A DNA stretch of 64,000 bases from Chrysomallon squamiferum (lineage: Eukaryota > Animalia > Mollusca): NCBI GenBank assembly GCA_012295275.1, contig CM022672.1:19282001-19346000 (forward strand). Direction: 5' to 3'. Within the stretch, counting starts at the first letter, position 1. Every line of letters begins with the position of its first letter. The position numbers and the translations under genes were made by a program. Of this stretch, positions 23,800 through 36,444 are shown in pieces. The notes under the pieces are model-generated. The model was not told the DNA's origin and did not search any database. It saw only the letters and a list, made by a program, of their open reading frames with translations.

Positions 23800-24987
23800 T
23801 CAGGATGTGAACATTTTGCTCAAGCTGTCTGCCATTTTCTTATCATTCTCTGTTTGTTTACAAAGAACCTGATTTTGAAGCAGTAAAACAGCTTTATTGC
23901 CAGGATCGAGTTTTGCTGCTATTGTGAGATCAAGTTTGGCACTGTCCAAGTCGTTCAAGTAAAGAAAGGCTTGTGCACGTCGATACAGTGCTTTCACCTT
24001 CTTTGGATTGAGTGTAAGAGCATTTGAGCAGTTTGTGACCACATGATCATATCGTCTGCTCTTCATCTGGCATGCTGCCAAGTTCATATAGCAACGACAT
24101 CGCAGTTCACAGTAATCATCAAACATTGATGGAGGAATATTTTCTTCTGGAAACATGCATATCAAATATTTCAAGGCTTTGCTGAACCTTTTGAAAGCAT
24201 ATTCGATATTTCCAGTCCTGAAGTATTCTGTACCTTTATTTTTATTAAGATGAGCTAATGAAAATTTGTCTTCCTGAGACAGCTGCCAAATGGGGACACC
24301 ATTTTTAAATGATTTCAAATGGATTTGTATAGTTAATGTTTCTGGTGGTTTGTTTGTTGCATTTTCCTCACTTAAGAGATCGAAGATTTTTGTTTCACAT
24401 ATTTCACCGGCCTTCATAGTTAACAAGCAAAGATCTATCTGTTCAGTTGGCATACTGTAGCATTCCCCTATTTCAATTTCAAAGTCCATTCCTATAGGAT
24501 ATCCCAAACATTTAGCAGTTTCAGAAACGTCATATTCAGAGCTTGAGATAAAAAGAAACACAAGACATTTAGCACCATCCTGTGGCCTCAGAATTCCACT
24601 ACCTTCACAAAGAATCTGCTTTGAATATTTGCCTCCATATGTTAAACAGTTTTGTTTTTCTGAGACCATTTCACTGCAGTCTGTCATCTGACAACAGTCA
24701 GAATTGCCAGTGATAACAGTCATTTTATCACCTGTTGTAAACATGTCACCAGTTCTTTCTGCAGATTGGTCTTCTGGATACGAACAAACAACATTTTTGT
24801 CAATGTCTGCCATATCTGTCAATACACATGTTGTATCTGTAAGTGTGTCTGTATTGTCCATCATGCTGCTGACTGGTTCTCTGGTCAGTGATTCTGTTCC
24901 TGTTCCTACTGCCAGAGACATCATGTCACTCGTCATCTGGGCTTCCGTTTCAGTTTCCATTAATGTGATGTCAGAATCTACATCCAT
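23800..24987 (-). CDS. FKBP-type immunophilin-like TPR co-chaperone (FKBPL-like), about 395 aa, intronless CDS
   Basis: Acidic/Thr/Met-rich N-terminus, a degenerate FKBP-like segment (EGSGILRP...IDLCLLTMKAGE...IHLKSF), then three TPRs (KNKGTEYF...; CYMNLAACQMK...; KVKALYRRAQA...LDPGNKAV). The first ATG is at 24987; the ORF-track start at 25107 is not an ATG. Confidence 0.85.
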   Translation of the reverse strand: MDVDSDITLMETETEAQMTSDMMSLAVGTGTESLTREPVSSMMDNTDTLTDTTCVLTDMADIDKNVVCSYPEDQSAERTGDMFTTGDKMTVITGNSDCCQMTDCSEMVSEKQNCLTYGGKYSKQILCEGSGILRPQDGAKCLVFLFISSSEYDVSETAKCLGYPIGMDFEIEIGECYSMPTEQIDLCLLTMKAGEICETKIFDLLSEENATNKPPETLTIQIHLKSFKNGVPIWQLSQEDKFSLAHLNKNKGTEYFRTGNIEYAFKRFSKALKYLICMFPEENIPPSMFDDYCELRCRCYMNLAACQMKSRRYDHVVTNCSNALTLNPKKVKALYRRAQAFLYLNDLDSAKLDLTIAAKLDPGNKAVLLLQNQVLCKQTENDKKMADSLSKMFTS

Positions 24988-26458
24988 TTTATATTTTTGT
25001 TTGATTATTATTTTTCCAAAGCGAATGACAATACCAGGGGGAAAAGTAACAGTAATAACAATAAAATAAATACGTGAAACTGAAAGAAATAAAATTATCA
25101 ATTTCACGGTTTTCTATTAAAATGAAAAATAAATTGAACAGCAAACGTTTTATAAATAAACATGTACACTAAATGGTAGTCAGTTACACATCTGCAAACT
25201 AAAATTACAATCGTTGAAAACCTAATCAAGTGACATTGTGCAAAAACTGTATAACAAACAGAAACTGATTGAAAAATCAACACTTCTTTGTTTATATTGT
25301 TTTAAACCAACAGAGTTGTCTTTCGTTTTAAGGAAATGATATAAAACATGAAATTAGAACGGAATGCAATTAGTGTGGATAATATTATTGTAGTTTAATT
25401 GTTATATAGTAACTGTTAAATATAAAGCACGGTCTTTAAATATACTGAATAAAATGCCGCTATGTTTATTATGTTCTCTGTTTTATCTTATATTTAATGA
25501 TACAATATTAAATAAAATATTTTCCGATTAGAGATTTCAGAAAAACTTCCGGTATCATCTGTGTCAGAAGAGGATTTGCCAAGCTGGCTACTAATCCATT
25601 AAGCCAAAAGCTTACTAAATTATTATTTTAACTTTAACAAATCATTTAACTCATAATATACAAATAGATTAATTTGTCGACGACGAAATAATACGATTAT
25701 ATTAATAAAATATGATTTACTAATTTGAAATATTGGTTAAACTGCTGAACAGTTGTCTTCGTAAGTGCTTATTATATATGATTTCATGATATTAATGATT
25801 AATCATATACATTTTTTTAAGCAAGTGATATATTCATGATATTGTCGGTTTAGCAGTCTCTTCCCCTGTCATTGATATTCTGTTGCCACAGTTCGTTTTA
25901 TAAACTATACATTTTAAAACTGGTTTATGTCACTTAATTATATTTTTTGTCACTGATTAGATCATTAGTAAATGAATTAAATTATTGTTTCTGATTATAA
26001 TTAACAAATGACTTCAAATGGCTCTTTCATCTAATGATCTAAAAGTAGAAGAAACCATTTCATAACTATTTATATCATGCACATTTTTTATACAGAATGC
26101 ATGTCTAAAATAAATAAAATTAATTTCACAAGTCAGGTGTGATTACAAATAAGTATAACATCTCAATCAGTTAATATACATTAAAATATGTCATGCAAGA
26201 TTTGTGTTCCTTTGTCCTTTCATTTTTACAGAATTTATTTGTGCAAATTATTGTACAAACCTTGAAATTCTGATTTTTTTTTTTTTTTTTTTTTTTAATG
26301 TTTTAAAAATAAGGCAACAACAAACTAGATTCAAAAATTATTTATCAAAAAGAGTGCTTACTGCTTGCAAAAATATATCTAACTAGGTAACAAATGATCA
26401 GTGAAATTATTTAAAATCTATTATCTTACAGAGTTGCCTTTACACGAGAAAGCGTGAA

Positions 26459-29400
26459 ATGTTTGCCAAACTAAAAGAGAGGATACAAAAAGAAGGAGGC
26501 AATGTCAGTGAAGAAAAATCATTTTTATCCTCACCATTACCTGGACATGCAAGTCCAGTGAAAAGTGCATCAGGTAGCAATTGTGCATTTTCAAAATTAA
26601 TTTTCATGTTCTCTGGAGATAATTATTTAAAAAAAAAGAAAAACGTTACTGTTATACTACATTGTGTAATGAGAATTTCTTATAGTTTCATTCATCAAAA
26701 TCAGCAACAAAGAATTATTGGTCACATCAAGCTAGTCATTTAGAGAAAAATGTCTTCTTCTGTAGTTTTGCTTCTCAAAGATTTTTGAATTTATAAAACC
26801 TTAATAAACAGTTTAGTAAGTGAATTGTGTTTTTAATGTAATTTCCTCAAAATATTTTAATTATTTATTATTATTATTATTATTGCCTTAATATTAATAA
26901 AAACAATTCAGTAAGTAAATTATGTTTTAAGATAATTTCCTAAAAAGATTTTTATGTATTTATTTATTTTTGTTTGAATAGAATGTGATATTTTTTTTAT
27001 TATTATTATTATTTTTAATTACTGTTTTTCTTTTTTTATTTTTAACATTTATTTTAATTTATTTTGCATTATTATTATTATTTTTTTTTGATTTTTTCTT
27101 TTTTTTCTTTTAGTAAATGTTACTCCAGTACAGAGTCCATATGGCAAGAATGGAGTTTTGCCAGGTGATTCACCAAATGGTGGAGCATCTCCTGCAGGGA
27201 GTATCTCTGGTGAAGAATCATTGGTAACTTGCTAAACCTTTTTTTTTTTTTACCTTGCCATATCCATTTTTTTTTATTGTAATATCTTATAGATCCACCT
27301 TCCAGTCTCATTTTTTTTTATAACCTTAATATATATATTTTCTATTATTAATTATTATTTATTCCTTGCCACATCCATTTGTTTACTACTTTATTTCTTA
27401 CGCTTACCTTACAATGTACATTTTTTATTATCAATAAATAATTAAAAATAAAACACTCATTTCAAGATGTATATAACATCCATTGATCCATGACTTCTTA
27501 AACATTGCCATCTTTTTATGATAAACTTCACTTTTAAAAGTTAAATAAATTTTATTATTTTATTTGGCAGAAATTTGGATGATGTACATAGTGTTCAGGA
27601 ATTGTTAGATTCACAAATTTGCATCAGCTTTTGAGTTATGAATAGCAAATAATAAATACCTCACATATTTAAATTTCAAACTTTTATGAGTATATTTTTT
27701 CAAATATATTTTTACAGTTACATTCCAGAGATGATGGATCATCCCAAGATGAAATCTCCTCTCTTCTATTAAAGCGAACTGAACAGTGTAAAAAACTGGA
27801 ATTAAAAATCAGTGGTAAGAGGAATAATATTCATCAAATCAAATCAGAGAGTGCTACTGATAAAAATAGCCTATCAGACAACAAAAATTGTGATTTAATT
27901 TTATTTTTATTTCATTTTTAATTATATTTTTTAATATTTTATTTTTTATTTATATATATATTTTTTTATTTTTTTTATTTTTTTATAATTTTTATTTTTA
28001 TTTTTTTATTATTATTTTTTTATAAATGTAGTCATTATTTTCAGGACTGTTAGAGTTAAGATTTCTTATTTTAAAAATTAAAGATTCTTTAAAAGGCAAA
28101 TTTAGGACAAATTAAAGAAATTAATCAAAGTAAATCAAAATGCCTCCATCTAAAGATATATTTAATTTTTGTTTTAAATGTGTAAATTTGTTTATCTATA
28201 CTTCTCTGTTTTGTTATTATAAGTTTCGTTTTGTTTTGCTGATTATTTTGCAGTTCATCTTGCTTAAAACTGCATTTGGTTATATTATCAAAATTATATT
28301 TATTTATTTTCTAGAATATGCAGCCATTATTAAGGAAAAAAATAAAACCATTGATAAATTAGAACTGATTTCAAAGAAGCAAGAAGAAGGTGAGGTTTTT
28401 ACTTTTTTAGAAGTAATTAAAATATAGTATTTTAATTATGCACATCATACATTTTTAATATTCTGTTAAATGGTTTCATACATTCAAGTAAAAGACCTTA
28501 GAGATGAGAGATTAATAGACAGGATAGTACAAACCACAGTTTTTTTTAAAAGAAGTGACTTGTACAAGAAAAGATTATTGATTCTAAATATTTGCACATC
28601 AGGGAAGCTCTTTATCGTTGTTCAGCATCCTGCAATTTTTAAATTATTTTCAAGTGACTTTTAGGTAAATTTCCTGGGTAAAAAATAGTGAAATAAAAGG
28701 AAAATCAGATTTTTATTTTTATATTTATTTATTTATTATTATTATTATTTTTTTTTATAAAATTATTCTTTTGATACAGCAGGTAAAATTATTTACATTA
28801 CCTTTTTCATAACATTTCTTGTTGAACTGATGTATTGTTATAAAGCTTGGTGTAATTTTTCAGTTACAGCAAAGAAATTGGAAGAGCAGAATGAAAAGTT
28901 TCAGGCGTTAACTGCCACAATGGTTCAGAAGTTTGAAGAAGAGATAAAGAAAAAACAGGAGGTGACTTGCAGCATTCAGTAACTCTTATGTAGATACTGC
29001 TATCTCAGGATTTGATGTCATTTATGACCTAAACAATATTTCTTCCTTTGTAATGAAATTTATCTTTATTTTGAATGTTATTTTACTTGACGGTGATCTG
29101 CCCAAAATAGTTTGAATGAAAGATTTATTAATCCCAGCCTACTTAAAATAAGATTTATTTTACATTAGCAAATGATTATAAATTATGTTGCACATATTTA
29201 AAACAAGATGACCAAGTCATCTCCACAAAATATGTATTTCTGTTCCAGTGTCTTCAATCTCAAAAAGAGAATTACGAATATTTTTTTTTTTTTTTTTTTT
29301 TTTTACCATTTTAAATATGTCTTTGATCGAGATGTCATGTTTTTTTATCAATATATATGTGTGTGCATGTGTGGGGGTGGTTTGTTTCTGTTTGTGTGTA

Positions 29401-32400
29401 AGGCTTTGAAAACTAATTAATTATAAGCTAATTTGTGAAATGTAGGAAATCCAAAAGAGGGAAGAAAAACTGAAAAAGGCAGAAATTTTTCAAGAAACTC
29501 TTTTTAAACGTGAGGAAGAAAATGATGAAGTTCAAGGCTATACAGCACAGGAATTGGCTAAAGTTAAACACATGGTGAGCAAATATTTTTAACTTACTAC
29601 ACAGTGTTTAGAATATTTACACCAAAACCCCAGAAGAAGTATTTAAAACCAAGCTGCATAGTTCCTGTTTTGCCATATAAACAAATTAATGAATATTTGT
29701 TGAGTGATATCTCAACATGTGTTAATAGTAACTGGTATTAGTTATCAGATTTTGTTACCATCAGTGTCAAAACTCAAATTTCAAAACCCAGTCATATCTG
29801 AGGCAGACAAATGAAAATCTGTTATCCTGTGAAAAATCAATAACTTTTATGCTCAATTAATTTAAAAAAAAAGAAAAAGTGGGGAAAAAAAGCTCTTAAA
29901 AGGTGAAAAATCCAAAATATCTGCAGTAAAACTTGTTGTATTAGTTTATTTATTTAATTTTCTTTTTTTTTTAATGATTGATTTTTTATTTTAAATACAA
30001 TTTTTTTTTTTTTTTGATTAATTTCTATTTTGTGATTTTAAAAAGAAAAAATATTTTAAAACCAAATATTTCTAACTGAAATATATTTAAATAAAATATT
30101 TGATCTTTTTTAGAACTTCAAAGCATTTTTCATTTATATAAACATTAATTTTGATCTACTTGTTATAAAAACATCAAAGTGTGTTATGTTTTAGGGAAAG
30201 AGTAAATTTATATCAAACTAATAAAATATACATATAATATTGTGTTTAATTTTAATGCAAATATGTTTTCAACCCATTTCAGTATACATTTATATCTAAG
30301 TACTATCATACTTAATGTTAATGTAAAAAAAAATATTTTTCATTTCATTTCAGCTCCTCATTGCTGAGGAAGAATTACTGAAATATAAAAGTGACCTTGA
30401 CTTCAAAACCAAGCAGAATGAAATTTTTGAGAAAACAATCAAAGACCAGGAAAGTGAACTAACAAGTTTGAAAGAGAAATTGGACAGTTTAGAGACTGAA
30501 TGGTATACTTTATTATTTTATTTCACACCTCATGTAACAGTTTCAGAAAAACATAAGTGACTTTTGAAATATTTTCAGAAAATCCATCAAAATATATATT
30601 TAAAGGGTATTTTGCATACTTCAAGTAATGTTTTATTCAGGGTTTGACCATCCAATGTAATTTAATAATGAAGTACAACAAAAAAAGAGGACAATTAAAA
30701 CATATCTGGGTTGAGCCTTTTTTTTTTTAAAATGTTTTCATATAAATGTGATGTCATCACATAGAAGGGACAAATATGTTTTGGTCTCTTCTTCATTGGT
30801 GAAAAAAAAATAATACAGGTACTGGCCACCTCAATACATTATGATATCATGGCTGCAATTGTAAAAAAATAAAATGGTGGCATTCAGAGATAACCGCATT
30901 ATTCTATTGTCATAATTTGTTATTAATGATTTTGGCCCATTTAAGCTAAATGAAATAATAACTTGTAAGTATAAATAATTTTTTCATACTACCACAGGTA
31001 CACTTTAACAATACCTGAAAAAAAGTCATTTAATCTAGATTATATTGAAATAGTGTGTGTAACCTAAGAGAATATGATGAATTGTGTGATACTGATCAAT
31101 CTAAAAAAAAATAAAATGAATATTTTCAAGAGTTCTACTTTCAATCATTTCATAATAAAAAGCATTAAAGTGTTACCAGGACAAAGAGATGTGGTTTAAT
31201 TCCATTTATGTATTGATAATTTTGTTATTAATTTATCTGCCTTAGATAAATTAGTGAATAAGCTTGTAATTTTGTGACATAATATAAGATAATATAAATG
31301 GGATTTGTTAAAGGAAAATAAATATGAAATTTATAATTTTTCTAAAAAAATATATATATATATTTTTTTTTTTTGTTTCTAAAAATATAATGTTTTGAAT
31401 TCATTATGAAAAATGTTGTTAAATGTAATAAATTTAATTTATTTTATTTCCATTATATATTAGTGAGAGACTGAAAGAAGAAAATACACAGCATGCCAAA
31501 GTAGTGGATTTAATGTGTAAAGAAAAAGCATTATTTGAAAAACGATTGGAAGAAGTGAATTCTGAATTAACTGAGGTAATTTTTATTTTTGTTTGTATAT
31601 GTGTGTGCTGTTTGGCTCTCTCAATGTATATACGTACGTATAAATATATTTTAAAATACACCAACTGTTAATGGGTTTTTTTAAATTTTTGCAAGGATAT
31701 AGCATTTGTAAGTTGATGACAAACTTTTGTGGTGTCTTTTTCACCCACGCTTTTTATTTCAGATTATTCTGTAACTGTTGCTCATGATATAAGGTGTTTA
31801 CTTTTACAAATAAAACCAATTTAAGATAATATTTACTATTCTTAAGAGATTAGTGACCTGTATTTGTATCACAGTTAGTACAGACCTGATGAGATTTCAC
31901 AGTTAGTACTGTAGTTGTCAGTCTGATATAATTCTGTTACTACGTACTGATACTAACTGTTTAGAAAAGCTCTTCCTTAACCAGGATTTAGAAACTTTTA
32001 ATTCTTACCTAATAAATGTTCATTTCAGATAATTTAAGCTTGCTTGTGATGTTTTACTTGGTGTTTGGTTTTTCAATTCCAGAAAATAAACTATATTTCC
32101 AAAAGAAATATAGAGTTTGCTGATTTAGAAAATGATTTAAAGACTCTTCAGAGAAATGCTGATATTTTCAGCAATAAAGTAAATATTATTTGGATTTATT
32201 TAATTAAATGATAGGATTAATGTGTTTTTAATTATGTGTACAAACAGCTCATGGTTAGGCTATTAACAAAATGACAAGCACAATAAAAACAGCAAAAAAT
32301 GATAAATTTTTGTTTTTAAAAATATACTTAAGCTTAGAAAATATATATATATGTATATGTATATTAATTATAATACATATTATGTTGTTGTTATAACAGG

Positions 32401-32950
32401 AATGATAGATAGACAAACTAAATCTAAAATGCTGAAGTAATAAATCAAAAACAAAATATTACCCATATTAAGTTACTCATTATAAGGAATATTTGCCTGA
32501 AAAGTTTTAAATAAAAAAAATAATAATAAAAAATTAAGGAAGCTGTTAACAGAATAAAAAATCATATGCAGTCAATCATGTTACTGTTTCAAATAAAAAA
32601 TGCCTTTTTACTTACAGACAACGTTACTAATGGCAGAGAAAGATGACCACATAGAAAACTTGCAGGAACGAGTAAAATTACTAGAGCAGAGAGTTCAGGA
32701 CCAAAATCTGTCTGGAGATGAGAGACACAAGGCACTTTTAGAAGAGGTTCGTTTATAGTATATTTTCTTTATGGAATAATATAGTCCTATGTTATATAAT
32801 TTTTTTGTCACGTCATCTTATGTGTTTTCAGCACAGAGAAAATTTTCTTCCACTTCTATTTTTATTTTTAGTTTGTCACAAAGGGATATTTTGATTTGTT
32901 GTGAATATTTTATTATTATATATATATATTTTTTAATTAATTAACTTATT

Positions 32951-33009
<59 letters not shown>

Positions 33010-35344
33010 TAATTTTTCATTTAGAAATCTTTTCACATTTTGTGCATGTACGTGATCTAGATGTGTAAATTTATTGCACAGTCTGTTTTGAATATATATT
33101 CTTTACTAGATTTGAGTCTAATTTGCACATAATTTATTTTAGCTTTGTATACATGTCCCATCAAATATATTCTTGTTTTATGTATATTTTGTATATAATA
33201 CATTCTTGTTTTGTGTTTATTTTCTAGTTTTATATGCACATTCCATCCACTACCCTCTAGATTTGTGTGTTATGTAATAAATTCTAGTTTCATGTGTAAT
33301 TTGCATCAATGTATCCATAACAGTATTACATTATAATTTGTGTGTATGTGTGTAACATTAATACATTCTAGCTTTGTGTTGATTTTGTACTTTCAAGCTT
33401 TAAATATATATATATATATAATATATTGTAGCTTTATTTATAATAATATTATATTAATAGTACTTTGTGTGTGTATTGCACGTAATAAATTCTAGTTTTG
33501 TGTATATTTTGGAGGGAGTTATTCTAGCATACATGATATATTTTGTTGCACAGAGAGACAGTCTGGAACACAAACTATCGGAAACTAGGCAGCAGCTGTC
33601 TGAGATTAAAGTCAGCTGGAGTACAAAGATTACACACTTGGAAGAACAGGTAAACAGTTCACACATTGTAAAATATTACTATCACTGCCACTCTCTTCTT
33701 TAACACTTGTAGTTGTTGCCCTATTTACTTTTATCCAAATGCCCATAGTTTGAAGATCATTATTATTATTATTTTTTTTTTTTACATTTTTTTTTTTATT
33801 TAGTTTTTTTAGTTATATGTATATAGCCAAAAACCTTTTGTTCTTCACGTTTCAGTAGTGTCTGTAGAAACCATTCATAATTTTATGCTTCCTTTTGATT
33901 TTTGTATTTTTATAATATATATAGATTTTAATTTATTAATGATTTTCATATTTAAATAAATAAAGAAAGAAAGAAAGAATAAATTTGTTTAAAAAATTAA
34001 CTATTGATAATTATATTTCTTTGCAGTACTTTTCTCCATATTTATAAATTAATGTATTAGACAGGACTCCTGAGTAGTTATAACATGACCACTTCAAATT
34101 AAAACTGAATATGAATATTAAAAAGAGTATTTAAAGGAATTTAATAGTTATAATGACAGATTTAATGTCTTTTAAAACTGAGTACTCAGCTATCTTAAAT
34201 TCTTTCCAGATAATATTTAATATGAACAACCTGTGACATTTTTATTAGTATAAAACACCATACAAAAATGCCATTTTTGAAGCTATTTTAGTAGGACATA
34301 CTGTTAAAACCATGAGATCAGAATAAGGGCATTTCATTAAAAAATAAGTTAATGCTATCTTCATTTCATGCTAACCAGAATCTAATATTAAAACAAGCAG
34401 CTTATGGAGACAAACTAAAAATATAAGTTACTTTTAAACCACTTCAGTCTGTGTTCTGTTTAATTTGGCTTTTATTCAATTTAATTTTTCTACATCTTGC
34501 ACTATCTGTGTTAACCCTTAAAGTTTACCTTTGGTGTTACAAATAAAATAAAACTTAACTGCATTTGTATTATAATTACTTGAAAAATTACAATTTTAAA
34601 TTCTTAATTTTCTTTTTTTTTTTGTGTATATAATTACTGTTTTGTATTTTCAAAATGTCAGAGAAATCAAGCAGTTTATTCATTTAATCAGATTTTATTA
34701 AATATTTCTCTGTACAAAAAGATTTCAAAATGAAAAGGAAAATGCCTTCCTCTTTTCAGTAACAAATACATTATTTTATTATTATACTTTATTATTACAC
34801 ACTTATTAGCAAAGATTGATTTCCACCAATCACAAGGATGATTACAAAATTGTTTTAAACCATCTGTACATCAGCAGGAAACAGTTAACTTGGAACAGTA
34901 GAAAATATATTTGGGCTGTTTGTACAAAATCACCAAAGGTATTCTTTAAATCATTCTCCACACCAGACTTTGTTTCATTCATCCAGTAATTCAGTTCTTT
35001 ACCTTCACTCTAGCTTTGCTTCCACTTGTTTTTGTGTGTAATTTTGTTAAGATCTCACACCTGAACACCAAGATAGTGGAAGACAATGAGGAAAAATCAA
35101 ATAACGAAAGAGCATCTGAAGAAATGAGAGAACGTTTCCAGAACCAGGTATGTTGACATGTACTGTTTGTACAGTCTGTAATTAACTTCACTGAAAATTT
35201 CCTGTTTCTGGTAAGTATGGAGTTACATATATTGTGTTCTTTTTAATATTCTTTTTATAACTTTTTTTTTTTTTTTTTTCGCAGGTATTAGTATAGCAAG
35301 AAGAATTTTTAATATTACTTTTGTTACTGTGTTTTACTTTTTAT

Positions 35345-35377
<33 letters not shown>

Positions 35378-36413
35378 CCAGTTGAAGGAATAAAAGCCTG
35401 TATGTTACAATTTCATAGAAATAAAAAATAATTATGGATTAGATAGTGTTTGTTGTTAAAATTAAACAGTGCTGTAACAGTGTAACTCATAATAATTTAA
35501 ACATAAACCAATATGAGACCATTTTTAACATTAATAGCAGAGAGAATGTTCTGTGGATTACCTCATACTGGTTTCCAGTCCTTTGGATTTTAATATAGTC
35601 AAAAATATAGACATTTAAACTTTCTGAAGCAAAAACCTTCCTTTTGCAAACTAAAAATATTACATGCAATTTTAAATTCTAATGGTACAGGTGAACATTC
35701 CCTGATCTTAAATTCCTGAAAAAAGAACATAAATAGCATACAGGATGTATTTGTGAGAAAATCACTCAGTGGAAGTTATCCTATTTGAAATAATTAAAAC
35801 AAGTGTATTAATCACAAATGATTTACACACGCACACACACAGACACATACACACACATACAAACACAAACACAAAGAAGTAAATATTTGAGTTTTTTCTG
35901 ATTCTTTTTATTAATGTATAGTTAATCTGAATAAAAGGTTAATTAAGTTTGAAAATATGCTTCCATGAATCCACATATTACGGCTGTCACAGCAAACTAA
36001 TGAAGTGTTCTGTCGTAAATTATTGTGAACTGATGTTTTTAATGATTCATTTAGTTGGAAGATGTACGACATAGACTCCAGGATGCAGAAAAGAGAGTTT
36101 TAGAAAACTTCGAATTAGCCAGCCAAAAAGATCGACAGTATGAAAAAGAGGTAAGAACAGTTAAGAACAACTTCACCAGCGCAAAAACATTGTTGTTGTT
36201 TTTGTTTTAGTTATTGTTGCAATTGTTACATTTGTTATTAGTGTGATTTATTTTTACTGTTGTTGTTAAGAATACCATTATTGTTGTTATTGTTATCATT
36301 GTTGTTAACATTATTATTTGTCATTTTTATTATAATACAAACAGGTTAACATGACTGCATGATCTCAGATATGCATGATGTAAACACAGTCATTATATAA
36401 ACAAATAAATGTT

Positions 36414-36444
<31 letters not shown>

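Noticed and set aside
30503-31463. GOLGA1 intron with donor GTATACTTT resembling U12
   Set aside because: It has A instead of the near-invariant C at +5 and no convincing CCTTRAC branch site, so I treat it as U2.
31886-31930. CTGATGAG between TCACAGTTAGTAC direct repeats (hammerhead or box C/D-like)
   Set aside because: There is no stem II followed by GAAA, and the C-to-D spacing is too short. It is just a small local duplication.
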